From positions 329,227 to 393,226 of the forward strand of contig NW_005434632.1 of the NCBI RefSeq assembly GCF_000315625.1: DNA of 64,000 nt, written 5' to 3'. The notes beneath the pieces are model-generated. The model ran no database searches, was not told the DNA's origin, and worked only from the letters and a program-made list of their open reading frames with translations. Positions 1 to 12,750 of the stretch are shown in pieces. How positions within the stretch are numbered: position 1 is the first letter of the stretch; every line of letters starts with the position of its first letter. The position numbers and the translations under genes are program-made. The DNA is from Guillardia theta CCMP2712 (taxonomy: Eukaryota > Protista > Cryptophyta).

Positions 1-212
1 CAGGACGAGGGCGAGGACGAGGACGAGGGCGAGGGCGAGGACGAGGGCGAGGACGAGGACGAGGGCGAGGGCGAGGACGAGGACGAGGGCGAGGACGAGG
101 GCGAGGGCGAGGGCGAGGACGAGGGCGAGGACGAGGACGAGGGCGAGGGCGAGGACGAGGGCGAGGGCGAGGACGAGGACGAGGAGGAGAGGACGAGGAC
201 AAGGACAAGGAC
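1..212. repeat. (GAGGAC/GAGGGC)n hexamer microsatellite, probably intronic
   Basis: Direct inspection; runs off the window start. Confidence 0.95.
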
Positions 213-240
213 GCTTCAGGGGTGACTAACGGAGGAGCAG

Positions 241-2332
241 GCTGCCATGCTGAGGAGCGGAGAGAATCAAGTAGGAAAACTCTCGAGCGCCTCCTCCCGC
301 ACTAACGGATGAGCGCAGAACAACGAGCTCGCATACCAGCTCTCCCTCCTCCTTGAGGAGACGGTAATTTCCCCATCCTTCCTTCTCCTCCTCCTCTCCT
401 CCATGTCCTCTAACACCCTCGTCCGTGCTCTTGCTCCCCCTCTGCTCCCCCCCCCCCGTTCACTGTCCTTAACTGCGTTGCACCAGTCTCTCCTCCTCCT
501 CCTCCTCCTCCTCCTCCTCCTCCTCCTCCTCCTCCTCCTCCTGCTCGCTTCGTCTCCGCTCATCTCTATTCCTCCTCCCTTGATTCTCCTCCCCTCCCTC
601 TCCTCTACTCTCCTCTGCATTCACCTTGGCCCCCTGCTCATCCTGCCTTTTCTCACTTCTTCCTCGCCTCTATTCCCATTTGCCTCCCACACTTCCGAGC
701 TCCTCCATTTACTATCCTCCTCCTCTTCCTCTACCTCTACCTCTACCTCTACCTCTTCCTCTTCNNNNNNNNNNNNNNNNNNNNNNNNNNNNNNNNNNNN
801 NNNNNNNNNNNNNNNNNNNNNNNNNNNNNNNNNNNNNNNNNNNNNNNNNNNNNNNNNNNNNNNNCTCCTGACTAGCGCAGGCTGCTGTCGTTCACGATAT
901 CATGTTCAAGCGCATCATCAAGCTACAGGTCCTCCCCCTCCCCTTCCTCCCTGCCTCCTCCTCCTCCCTCCCCCCCCCCCTCCTCCTCCTCCTCCTCCTC
1001 TTCACTCATTTCATTCCTCATCTGCGTCCTCCTCATTCTCCTCACTTATCTCAGGAGTCTTCCGAGCTTGAATCCAACGGCCTCTCGAAGGTCAGTTGCC
1101 CTCCACCACCAGCAGCACCACTACCTCCTCCTCCACCTCCTCCTACGCCTCCTCCTCCTCCTCCGCTTTGCTGCCTCTTCTGCCTTTGACATGGTTCTGG
1201 TTGGCGCAGGATGAGAGCCTGGTGTCCCTCGCATCTCTCTCCGGCATACTCGGTCCGTCTATGAGTAGGAGAGAGAGGAGGAGCGAGGAGGAGAGAGGAG
1301 GAGAGAGGAGGAGGGAGAGAGTAGTGAAGAGAAGCAGAGCGTGCGAAGTACAGAGCACAAGTCAAAGGGGATCAGGCGAGAAGTTAAGGAATGGAGGGAG
1401 AGGAGGGGAACAAGTTTGAGCATCTGACGCCTGGCAGGAGAGATCACGACTAGCAACGTCGAGGCCGAGCGGATGCGGGTCATGTTGGCAGGTGAGGAGG
1501 GAGGAACGAGGATCACAGAGGGATCAAGATCAGGAGAGAAGGGAGAGTGAGAGGAGGGCAGAGGAGGGAGAGAAAGAGGCAGAGAGAGAGATAAGTGGAG
1601 AAGAGGAAAGGAGAAGAGGAAAACAGAGGAGGGGAAGGGAGGGGAGGGCACAGAGGCAAGGAATGAGGAGGGATAGCGTGTGCATACAAGAGGACAAGGA
1701 GGGGTGAAGGAGGGGAGGCAGGGCAGAGGAAGAGAGGAGCTGAAGCTTCAGCAGACATCGAGAAGGCGATAGTGGATCACAAGCTCGGTATCGATCATCG
1801 TGCCAACGGATTTCTCAATTCTCGGAACGCAGGTGAAAACTCCGCCCTCTCCCTCCCTTTCCCCTCCCTTCCCTCCCTCTTTCCATTCCTCTGATTTCTG
1901 CCTTGTATGATTTCCTACATCCTCTCCCCATGTCCTCTTCGTTCCTCCTCTCTCCTCTCTCCTCTCTCCTCACTTCGCACAGGGTCTCAGCTTGCCCGCG
2001 TCCAGCGGCAGGTGCAGCACAATACTCTCTTCGGGTTGATGACGAGGTGAGATGTACTCCTCTCTCTCCCTCTTCCCTCTTCCCTCCTCTCTCTCCTTCT
2101 CCCCTCCTCTTTCTCGCCTCTCCGTCTCTTCGTTCTCTCCTTCTTGCAATCCTCTCCGTGTTTCCTTCCTCCCCTCATTCCTTTCCTTTTGTTCCCTTTC
2201 CTCTTCCTCTCCCTCTCCCGCTCCCTTTCCTCGCCTCTCCTCCGCTCCTCTTCCTCTCATCCAAGTCTGCTCCGTCCTCATAAACCTGAAGTCTGCGACT
2301 CAGCCGTCTGTCCGACGCTAAAGCAGCTGTGA
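241..2332 (+). CDS. 3' part of a multi-exon gene, product unknown
   Basis: Short complex-sequence segments bounded by AG/GT between microsatellite introns (e.g. ...NNELAYQLSLLLEET|AAVVHDIMFKRIIKLQ|ESSELESNGLSK|DESLVSLASLSGIL|...). The stop is at 2321 or 2332 depending on frame. Confidence 0.55.
765..864. other. Assembly gap (100 N). Other gaps: 5791-6128, 13225-13324, 14875-14974, 42405-42617
   Basis: N runs. Confidence 1.
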
Positions 2333-2750
2333 CCTCGAAAGAATAAAGACGCAACGAGCACGAGCGATGGATACAACAGTTCAAGTTCAAGAGGAGGATA
2401 GAGGAGGAGGGAGGGAAAATTAGTGAGAGCGAGAACTGGACAGCGAGGGAAGAGGAGAGTAGTTTGAAAGCTGCCACCTTTGAAAGTGGTAAAGCATCAA
2501 GATGCCAGCTCAAAAAAAGGAAGCAACTGCTTCCAGGTTCGTCATTTTCTTTTCTCCTGCAAACATGTTCAGTCTCCGTCAAGTTCGAAATGACAACTCA
2601 CCAGTTCTTCTTTCATCGCAACAGCATCCGACAGCTTCTTCTGCTTGTTTCAGTTACACAACGGCAACGACAACCTTCGGCAGGGAGATTCAATGCCATC
2701 GAGTCCATTGTGCTGATTGTAACGAGACGGTCCAACATAAATGTACGAGA

Positions 2751-5700
2751 CTCCTCTTTCCCCTTCCCGCTTCCTCCTCTTTCCCCTCCACTTGCCCCAT
2801 CCCTCTCCCCTCCAGACTTCCCTCTGTTTTTCCCAAAACTGCCCTGACTGCACGAAAGTCACCGGACACATCTGCAAGTTGCCTTGGCTCCGTCGCGTGA
2901 TCCCCTCGTTCCTCCTGATCTTCATTCCCTTCGCTATCCTGCCTCCTTTCTCCTTTTCCCGCGTCGGTCGTCGTCGTCGGTCGGTCGTTGGATGCCCCCG
3001 TCTTCCCTCTCGCTGCGTCGACTTGCCGGACGTGACGTGACGTTGCCCGGCGCTTGGGTCTCTCGTCCCATGTTTGCTCTGCGCACATCCACACTCAGCC
3101 TCGACAAGCTCGCAGGAAAACATCCTCACCTTTCACATCATACACGACGTAGTGCGCGACGCCCCCGGACCTGTCGCACCGAGAAAGACGCTCGTAAGAA
3201 TCACCTCGTACCTCGCACAATGCATCTCACCTCACGCTGATGCTACTTCGCCTCTGCCTTGGCCACGCCTTCCCGGTTCCTGAAAGCAGCATCATTCCCT
3301 CCCCCTCAAGCAGTCCACTGCCAATCATTACCTCCGTAGGGTACAAAGCTCTCTTTCTGTCTTGGCCCGTCCTCGTTGCAACCTGCGTGACTTTCAATCA
3401 CCCTTCCCTCCAAGCAGTCTGCTGTATATCACCCACCTTCAACACTTCCCAGCCTTGTTTCGCTGACGCGCTCTGAAAACAAAAACAAACCCCGTTGTCC
3501 TCTTGACTGTCCTGACCAGCGATACTGCCCATTGCTACATCCCCACATTGTACTATTTCCTCACTGCCAGTTGCCAACAAACTTGCACGATTCCACATCC
3601 CCTTGACTAAGTGCCATTGATATCCTGGACTGACTGATTGTACTGACTGGCTCACTGACCTCGCTTGCTCATTCCATGATCCTCCTCCAAGTTACCGTAC
3701 ACAACGAAAGCATCGATGAACCTTGACCTCGGCGCTGCACGAAAGTCACCGGACACATCTGCAAGTTGCCTTCTCCGTCATGTCGAGCCCTGTCGCCTCC
3801 TGGTTTGCTTGGTCTTTCCTTTCCCTCCTCTTTCCCCTTCCCGCTTCCTCCTCTTTCCCCTCCACTTGCCCCATCCCTCTCCCCTCCAGACTTCCCTCTG
3901 TCTCTGCATCGACCTCTCTGCGGTACTGCACGAAAGTCACCGGACACATCTGCAAGTTGCCTTGGCTCCGTCGCGTGATCCCCTCGTTCCTCCTGATCTT
4001 CATTCCCTTCGCTATCCTGCCTCCTTTCTCCTTTTCCCGCGTCGGTCGTCGTCGTCGGTCGGTCGTTGGATGCCCCCGTCTTCCCTCTCGCTGCGTCGAC
4101 TTGCCGGACGTGACGTGACGTTGCCCGGCGCTTGGGTCTCTCGTCCCATGTTTGCTCTGCGCACATCCACACTCAGCCTCGACAAGCTCGCAGCAAAACA
4201 TCCTCACCTTTCACATCATACACGACGTAGTGCGCGACGCCCCCGGACCTGTCGCACCGAGAAAGACGCTCGTAAGAATCACCTCGTACCTCGCACAATG
4301 CATCTCACCTCACGCTGATGCTACTTCGCCTCTGCCTTGGCCACGCCTTCCCGGTTCCTGAAAGCAGCATCATTCCCTCCCCCTCAAGCAGTCCACTGCC
4401 AATCATTACCTCCGTAGGGTACAAAGCTCTCTTTCTGTCTTGGCCCGTCCTCGTTGCAACCTGCGTGACTTTCAATCACCCTTCCCTCCAAGCAGTCTGC
4501 TGTATATCACCCACCTTCAACACTTCCCAGCCTTGTTTCGCTGACGCGCTCTGAAAACAAAAACAAACCCCGTTGTCCTCTTGACTGTCCTGACCAGCGA
4601 TACTGCCCATTGCTACATTCCCACATTGTACTATTTCCTCACTGCCAGTTGCCAACAAACTTGCACGATTCCACATCCCCTTGACTAAGTGCCATTGATA
4701 TCCTGGACTGACTGATTGTACTGACTGGCTCACTGACCTCGCTTGCTCATTCCATGATCCTCCTCCAAGTTACCGTACACAACGAAAGCATCGATGAACC
4801 TTGACCTCGGCGCTGCACGAAAGTCACCGGACACATCTGCAAGTTGCCTTCTCCGTCATGTCGAGCCCTGTCGCCTCCTGGTTTGCTTGGTCTTTCCTTT
4901 CCCTCCTCTTTCCCCTTCCCGCTTCCTCCTCTTTCCCCTCCACTTGCCCCATCCCTCTCCCCTCCAGACTTCCCTCTGTCTCTGCATCGGCCTCTCTGCG
5001 GTACTGCACGAAAGTCACCGGACACATCTGCAAGTTGCCTTGGCTCCGTCGCGTGATCCCCTCGTTCCTCCTGATCTTCATTCCCTTCGCTATCCTGCCT
5101 CCTTTCTCCTTTTCCCGCGTCGGTCGTCGTCGTCGGTCGGTCGTTGGATGCCCCCGTCTTCCCTCTCGCTGCGTCGACTTGCCGGACGTGACGTGACGTT
5201 GCCCGGCGCTTGGGTCTCTCGTCCCATGTTTGCTCTGCGCACATCCACACTCAGCCTCGACAAGCTCGCAGCAAAACATCCTCACCTTTCACATCATACA
5301 CGACGTAGTGCGCGACGCCCCCGGACCTGTCGCACCGAGAAAGACGCTCGTAAGAATCACCTCGTACCTCGCACAATGCATCTCACCTCACGCTGATGCT
5401 ACTTCGCCTCTGCCTTGGCCACGCCTTCCCGGTTCCTGAAAGCAGCATCATTCCCTCCCCCTCAAGCAGTCCACTGCCAATCATTACCTCCGTAGGGTAC
5501 AAAGCTCTCTTTCTGTCTTGGCCCGTCCTCGTTGCAACCTGCGTGACTTTCAATCACCCTTCCCTCCAAGCAGTCTGCTGTATATCACCCACCTTCAACA
5601 CTTCCCAGCCTTGTTTCGCTGACGCGCTCTGAAAACAAAAACAAACCCCGTTGTCCTCTTGACTGTCCTGACCAGCGATACTGCCCATTGCTACATCCCC

Positions 5701-6820
5701 ACATTGTACTATTTCCTCACTGCCAGTTGCCAACAAACTTGCACGATTCCACATCCCCTTGACTAAGTGCCATTGATATCCTGGACTGACNNNNNNNNNN
5801 NNNNNNNNNNNNNNNNNNNNNNNNNNNNNNNNNNNNNNNNNNNNNNNNNNNNNNNNNNNNNNNNNNNNNNNNNNNNNNNNNNNNNNNNNNNNNNNNNNNN
5901 NNNNNNNNNNNNNNNNNNNNNNNNNNNNNNNNNNNNNNNNNNNNNNNNNNNNNNNNNNNNNNNNNNNNNNNNNNNNNNNNNNNNNNNNNNNNNNNNNNNN
6001 NNNNNNNNNNNNNNNNNNNNNNNNNNNNNNNNNNNNNNNNNNNNNNNNNNNNNNNNNNNNNNNNNNNNNNNNNNNNNNNNNNNNNNNNNNNNNNNNNNNN
6101 NNNNNNNNNNNNNNNNNNNNNNNNNNNNGCGTGATCCCCTCGTTCCTCCTGATCTTCATTCCCTTCGCTATCCTGCCTCCTTTCTCCTTTTCCCGCGTCG
6201 GTCGTCGTCGTCGGTCGGTCGTTGGATGCCCCCGTCTTCCCTCTCGCTGCGTCGACTTGCCGGACGTGACGTGACGTTGCCCGGCGCTTGGGTCTCTCGT
6301 CCCATGTTTGCTCTGCGCACATCCACACTCAGCCTCGACAAGCTCGCAGGAAAACATCCTCACCTTTCACATCATACACGACGTAGTGCGCGACGCCCCC
6401 GGACCTGTCGCACCGAGAAAGACGCTCGTAAGAATCACCTCGTACCTCGCACAATGCATCTCACCTCACGCTGATGCTACTTCGCCTCTGCCTTGGCCAC
6501 GCCTTCCCGGTTCCTGAAAGCAGCATCATTCCCTCCCCCTCAAGCAGTCCACTGCCAATCATTACCTCCGTAGGGTACAAAGCTCTCTTTCTGTCTTGGC
6601 CCGTCCTCGTTGCAACCTGCGTGACTTTCAATCACCCTTCCCTCCAAGCAGTCTGCTGTATATCACCCACCTTCAACACTTCCCAGCCTTGTTTCGCTGA
6701 CGCGCTCTGAAAACAAAAACAAACCCCGTTGTCCTCTTGACTGTCCTGACCAGCGATACTGCCCATTGCTACATCCCCACATTGTACTATTTCCTCACTG
6801 CCAGTTGCCACCAAACTTGC
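2751..6820. repeat. Tandem array of a near-identical 1078-bp unit (~3.8 copies, spanning one gap)
   Basis: Anchor cctctgccttggccacgcc at 3251, 4329, 5407 and 6485 (period 1078). The ORF track repeats with the same offset; units differ by only a few substitutions. Confidence 0.97.
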
Positions 6821-7047
6821 AAGAATCCACAGTTTGTTGTCTTTCTATTATGTTGGTTCGAACGTATTGCCCTCTTACATAGTGAAATGCCTTTCGATAT
6901 TCTTCCTGTTTATGATTGTCTGCGATACCTGTATCCCTCTGTCGCTCGCTCCCGAAGCAATCACATCGGCCCACCTCCATTCCATGCACACTCTAAAACT
7001 ATGCAAACCCACACAGCCCACACATTCTAATCTCTTCACCACTGTCC

Positions 7048-7467
7048 CTGTCTCGGCCTCTCTGCGGTACTGCACGAAAGTCACCGGACACATCTGCAAG
7101 TTGCCTTGGCTCCGTCGCGTGATCCCCTCGTTCCTCCTGATCTTCATTCCATTCGCTATCCTGCCTCCTTTCTCCTTTTCCCGCGTCGGTCGTCGTCGTC
7201 GGTCGTCGTCGTCGGTCGGTCGTTGGATGCCCCCGTCTTCCCTCTCGCTGCGTCGACTTGCCGGACGTGACGTGACGTTGCTCGGCGCTTGGGTCTCTCG
7301 TCCCATGTTTGCTCTGCGCACATCCACACTCAGCCTCGACAAGCTCGCAGGAAAACATCCTCACCTTTCACATCATACACGACGTAGTGCGCGACGCCCC
7401 CGGACCTGTCGCACCGAGAAAGACGCTCGTAAGAATCACCTCGTACCTCGCACAATGCATCTCACCT
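7048..7467. repeat. Additional partial copy of the 1078-bp unit
   Basis: Matches the unit from tctctgcggtactgcacg to gcatctcacctc, with a small gtc expansion. Confidence 0.95.
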
Positions 7468-9436
7468 CCCAGCTGGTATCTTTGAGCTTTTCATCGGAAC
7501 CTTTGGTCCTGAGAACGCCTCAAAATTTCGGAATGCGTTCGGTCAATGCCATTACTGGTTCGTGTGTGCGTGTGACTTGACAAGAACTCCTGGTGTTTTG
7601 TAGCCACAAGTTTCGTCCTGTAACTTAGTCCCCTCCTAATTCCTCAATACAAATAGGAAGTGGGAGGTGGGGGAAGTATAGGAGGTGAGGAAAGAGAGAC
7701 CGAAGGCAGGGGCAAGAAGAGGGAGAAAGGGGAGGGAAAAGGGAAGGGATAGAGGCATAGAGTGGGAAGAGGAGGGGGGGGGAGAGGGGGGGGGGGGGTT
7801 TAACTCTACAACAAACTTGCATTAAACAAACAGAATGCACCCTTTAAGGTTAAGTTCTTCACTTTTATTCACATGACTCACAGCACCATCGTCTCACAAT
7901 GTGACAATGAAAATGCTAATAATTATAAGTTTCACTACACACAGCTATATGAAATATTAATGTTTTGATGCCCTACCAAAGAAAATCTTTCGATTCTCGT
8001 AGAAAAAAGAGTTTGAAAGGGATCTTTCATAATTAGGATAAAGTACAGATCTCCATCTGACTCTGCTCCCTTCTTCAATCCATTTTAAAACACGATACCC
8101 CGCTGCATCCTTCCTACCCCATCCGTAACCTCTAGTGCAGTAAACAGCACAGGCTGGGATAATAGGTAATCCACACGCATTTCATCATGGCTTAGAAGAA
8201 CTCCACTTCCATTGCAGTCTATTTGACGACTTCATTTCCACTCTACACTCGACATGCCTCTGTCTAGCGCATAAACCTCAGCGCTTACATGGCAGTGAGA
8301 TTGAGTTGGGAAGAGGAAGAGAAGGGGGGGAGGGGGGGGGGCAGAGGGGGGAGGGTATCCACACAGGAAGGACGGTATTTACGTGGAGCGGGGGGGGAGG
8401 GAAAAACCAACCTTGACCTGCTATCCCTCCCTTACCTTTTTATACTCCAGCACCCGATTACCACCCCTACCCCCACATTTACACTACCCTACCGCGGAAA
8501 TGAAGTTTCTCGAATGGAGTACCCTACTCTAGGATACTGACGAATTTGAACAGAAAACTAGGGGTGTCGAAGGAATACAAGACCACCCACCCCTTCGATG
8601 CTTACTTTCATCACCCACCTCCACCTTCCGCAAAGTGCTGCAAGAATGGAGCAAGAGTGGGTCAGCAAGAGGTAAAGGCAAAGTCCATAAAATAGTTTTA
8701 AAAGATGCTTACCCCACCCCCTCAACCACCTGGCAAGGCTTACAATTACCACAGATCACCCCACAATATCCCACCAAGTACCCACCCTTCGGATAGGCAA
8801 ATGAATTTGGATTCGTTTGTGGAGTAGGTTCTCCTCCACCCCCTTCATGCCATCTCAGTACCCTTGTACAAAAACTCAGACTACCCCTCTATATTACACC
8901 ATGACAGTACATTTTTGTATCCACCCCGGGTACATCACCTACCCTACCTATGGATGTGCGACAAACAACTTTTTGTTCCTGTGCAAACTCAGCAAACTTT
9001 TACGTTTCACCACCCACCCTACCTTTTCCCTTTGAAATTATATTAAAATTACCCCTCCCAAGTACCAAAGGTACTCTTTTAGTACTTACCACCCTACCCT
9101 ACGAAATACCTTTGAGCACCCCCTTTTTAGTATGATTGGGGGTGGCCTCCATCTGCCGGGCGTATTGGTGCGGAGGCCGCGGTCATCAGGATCCAATCGT
9201 ACCGGCTGTTTTGTATGCAAACAAGGGGGTCCTTTCCCAGGGGTGGCCGAAGTCAGGTACAAATTTAAAATGACTAGGAACTTTTTCAAAACCGAAGGAG
9301 ATACAAACAAGCCCCAAAAATATTGAACATCAATTAAAACATTTGAAAATTACTACACATCTTTCAGCTTTCTCCTTTTCTTGGTCTGAGCTTGAAGGCC
9401 CTCTCAGCCAACTTGGCAAAGTTTGAGCTGTCTGAG

Positions 9437-9537
9437 CTGTCAGTATCGGGAGTGCCCGGGCCCGGGCCCGTCAAATCGCCGGCTCTCACTGTCAGTATCG
9501 GCGGGCCCGGGCCCGTCAAATCGCCGGCTCTCACTGT
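9437..9537. repeat. ~50-bp direct duplication upstream of the SMYD gene
   Basis: ctgtcagtatcgg...gggcccgggcccgtcaaatcgccggctctcact occurs twice. Confidence 0.9.
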
Positions 9538-9585
9538 GACTCAACGGCTGGGGGACAGCAGTCGGCAGGATTAGGTTTGGTTCTC

Positions 9586-9699
9586 GCTGTCTTTTCTCTT
9601 CTCGCCGTTTGGCCTGTGCGACAGTGTCAGGGTCAAGCCTCCTCGACTCTCCTGATTGTCCTCGTACTGATTTTTCACTTCACTTTGAGTAAAGCTGAG
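9586..9699 (+). repeat. Dispersed ~110-bp intergenic element, copy A
   Basis: gctgtcttttctcttctcgccgtttggcc...cagggtcaagcctcctcgactctcctgattgtcctcgtactgattttt...ctttgagt; also at 17482, 45005 (reverse) and 61579. Confidence 0.9.
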
Positions 9700-9812
9700 C
9701 CCGGGCCCGCAGTGGCCCGCCCGGGACTGGGTCCGGGTTGGGGGCTAGTGGGGGGGGGGGCCGACTGGCAAGGGAGGCGGGCCCGGTAAAAAAGAATCGG
9801 GCGCAAAAGCAG

Positions 9813-11832
9813 ATGCAGGATGGCGAAGGTTATCGGCGATGCTGGATTGAAGGTGAGGATGAAATTAAGGATAAGGGTGAGAGACGGAGGCAGATAGCTC
9901 CGAATCAACTTGACAACAGCTGGGATCTAGTATGCACTTGCGAAGTAATGAGCTTGCGAAGTAATGAGTGGTAGGGAGGGAAAGATAAGGAAATGAGACT
10001 TAAATGAAGAGAGCATGTGGCAAGTGAAGGAGCGACCTTATCATGAATGATCTTGTTTAGGCAAAGGCATTGGACTCCGAGCAGCGAAAGAGGCATGGTT
10101 CGGGTTGTTATCCGTGTGGAAAGTGAAGGGTAACCCCCGCAGTTTCAATGCGGCGACACCATTCTCCAAGATGTTCCGCTTGTGTGCTCGACGATCAAGC
10201 ACTCCGAATGGTGTATGACTTAACTTGTCGATCTGTCGCTAATGTCCCCCTGCTGCAAAGCCTTGTACTCTGCTTGGGGTGCATGTCTTGCGTAGCTTTC
10301 CCGCCGATCTTATCAGGTCCCGGCGCTTGCTTTCGTCGCCGCGCCTGAGCGCCATGAACAGAGCTGGTCTGCCCTTGCGATGAAGTTTTTATGTGCCCAA
10401 GAGGTGCTGCAGCCCATGTTAGAACCATGAGGAGTTGTTGAGATGCAACTGCCACAAGGTTGCGGGGTAGGATTCTGCAGTGGGGCATGCCGGACAGCAA
10501 TGGAGGGTTTGCATCGGGTGTTGTGCACCAGCGCGACCGAGGAGATGAGAGTGCTCCAGCAAAGTGAGTACTGGGAGATCACGCGCTTCAGGTCTGGTAG
10601 GATGTCAGACTTGATACGAGTGAACGGCAACGTCCAGGTTGTACTGCTATGCTGTTGCCCGCATCTTCGCAACGTACATGGTTTGTCAAGGCTTGTTCCC
10701 TTGACGTTGCCTCCACCTTGACCCACGAATCGAGGAGACTCTTAGGAAATGATGCATGCTCTTGGTGTAGACGACAGGGAGTGAGGAGGATGCTCAACAA
10801 GTTTTCGGAGGCTTCCATTCCCCAGAGGAGGTGAGATGGGTTGCAAGTCATGTTCCAAACCATTCTCATGACCTCCTAGTTGTATTCATCCGCAGTGATT
10901 CAAAGGGAATTCAAGCGCAAGGTCAAGATACGTGTGCAGTCTATCCCGCAGCTCATGGTTGCTTTTAGATGCAAGAGCCCATGTCGCTACTTTCCTCGCA
11001 CTTCCTGCGAATCATTCCCGGTTCGTCAAAACCTGTGAATCATCTGTCTCTGAAACGGGTTCCAGATCTTCAGGAATGGCCACAGAAACTGCAAGAATAT
11101 TTGCAAACAGAAAGGTCAAATACAATTGTTTGAAACCTCGCCGATGTCGTTGTTGAAGATTAGTATGGTGGTGGTCATTATGTTCTGCAAATGCTCAACA
11201 AATTTCGATTCCTTCTCCGATAGCGGTATCTTCTCCAACGATTCCATTGGACGGTGCACTTGACGAGCGAGCGTAGGAATGTGTATACCATGTCATGGAC
11301 TCGGAGCGTCCTGAAAAGGTAGTTCAGACTCTTGAATGTTGTAAAATTTTCACCTCCTGTGAATTCTCCAGACGAAACTCGTCCAGGAGCTCATAGGAGT
11401 TGCCAATTTCGACCTCTCCAACTTTGAAGGCTCGGCCCTTTTCCCAACCATGAGGTGAGCGGTGTTTTGTGCTGTGAAAACGCCAAGCTGACGCTTCTCT
11501 TGTGCAAGTAAATTCAACCACAACTGCAACCCGAATGTTGAAATCCTGGCTGTTCCCGAGACCGGGGATACCCCCTCCGCAGGATCGAAGCAAGTACTTC
11601 AGAATCGATTCATCGCGCGCGCAAGAAGAAAAATCCACGTGAATGAAGAGGTGGCCTTGTCATGTCCCTCGAACCGAAGGTTTCAGTGAAACCTATCCGA
11701 CAGATGTGCATCAGCTACTTGGATCTGCTTGATCCCCAAAGCCGTGATGCAAGGAGGAAAGAGCTGAAAGAACGATACGGATTCATATGTCAATGTGTAT
11801 CATGCTGTGCGGAGGGAATGAGAACAAAGTAG
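9813..11832 (+). CDS. SET and MYND domain (SMYD-family) lysine methyltransferase, multi-exon
   Basis: Spliced MQDGEGYRRCWIEGKGIGLRAAKEFQCGDTILQDVPLV; MYND finger CPQGCGVGFCSGACRTAMEGLHRVLC; SET motif GSALFPTMSKFNHNCNPNV; EE|MCISYLD; post-SET YGFICQCVSC; TAG at 11830-11832. Confidence 0.88.
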
Positions 11833-12291
11833 CTAGTAGCCCAACAGCGATCACCAGTCCTTGATAATCCCACAGCCTCCTAGCCGGTCAACTGAGTGAA
11901 TCGCTGCCCGGCCCGGCCCGGCGGCTCCCCGGAACCGGAGTCCGGCCCGGCCAATGTCGCTCAGTCACAGCGATCAGATAGCGATCGGACTTGCCGATCA
12001 GGCTGGTACATGACAGCCGCCAGTAGTCATGAGTCAGGTCAGGAGGACGAGCCATGGGGAATGGCGGCTGCTTGCTGGCGCTCCTTCCGATTCCTCTCCT
12101 CTTCACACTCTTTCCTCATCATCGTCTTGAAGCATCTGCTCCTGTGTTTGCTCGTCCTCTCAGGAAGTGTGAGATGAACAAGTCGGGACATCACATGCGT
12201 ATCATCAACACTTTAACTGACTGATCGCACTCCCCTCCTCCCTCCCTGCCCTCTCAGAGACTCCGGGCGCGACGGGAGCAGGTCAGAGATC

Positions 12292-12680
12292 TCAGAACCG
12301 ACTCATGCTCAGCTGTGAAAGCAGCAAAGATTCGCATCAAGGCAGACGGGAGGAGGAAAGGAAAGGATGTCACCTGCTCTTGTCTGAAGTTGGTGTTCTT
12401 CTTGTTTTCCTGCGCACTCCCGTCAACCAGTCGGTGAGTTAGGAAAGCTTCACCTTGACACTCGAGGAGCTGCTCGTGTTCAGGTCCTGTTGCTGTTTCC
12501 TGAATCTTGCGATCGCCGTGTTCTCCAGCCCCTGCCACAGATAGGATCACTATCGCCTCCTCCCTCTCCTCCTCTTCATCATCATCGTCGTCGTCGTCGT
12601 CGTCGTCATCGTCATCGTCATCGTCATCATCATCATCGTCATCATCCTCATCGTTATCATCCTCCTCCTCCTCCTCCTCC

Positions 12681-12750
<70 letters not shown>

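Noticed and set aside
267-2283. Poly-R/L/P/S/E ORFs here and at 12490-14280, 40218-41836, 53498-53982 and 57772-58412
   Set aside because: They are translations of microsatellites in introns or on the antisense strand.
3700-3775. Hammerhead ribozyme or 5.8S rRNA fragment in the array unit (gcatcgatgaa, cgaaa)
   Set aside because: No CUGANGA core with paired stems, and the rRNA similarity is only 11 nt.
5791-6128. Gap length exactly preserves the 1078-bp period
   Set aside because: This reflects how the assembly gap was sized, not biology, and it leaves true copy number uncertain.
2751-7467. Tandem 5S, snRNA or spliced-leader array
   Set aside because: No recognisable 5S, U1-U6 or tRNA sequence by eye; an Infernal/Rfam scan would be needed to exclude this fully.
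9586-9699. Dispersed element as a protein-coding repeat (VFSLLAVWPVR...STLLIVLVLIF)
   Set aside because: No consistent start codon, and copies differ by indels and truncations, so it is treated as non-coding.
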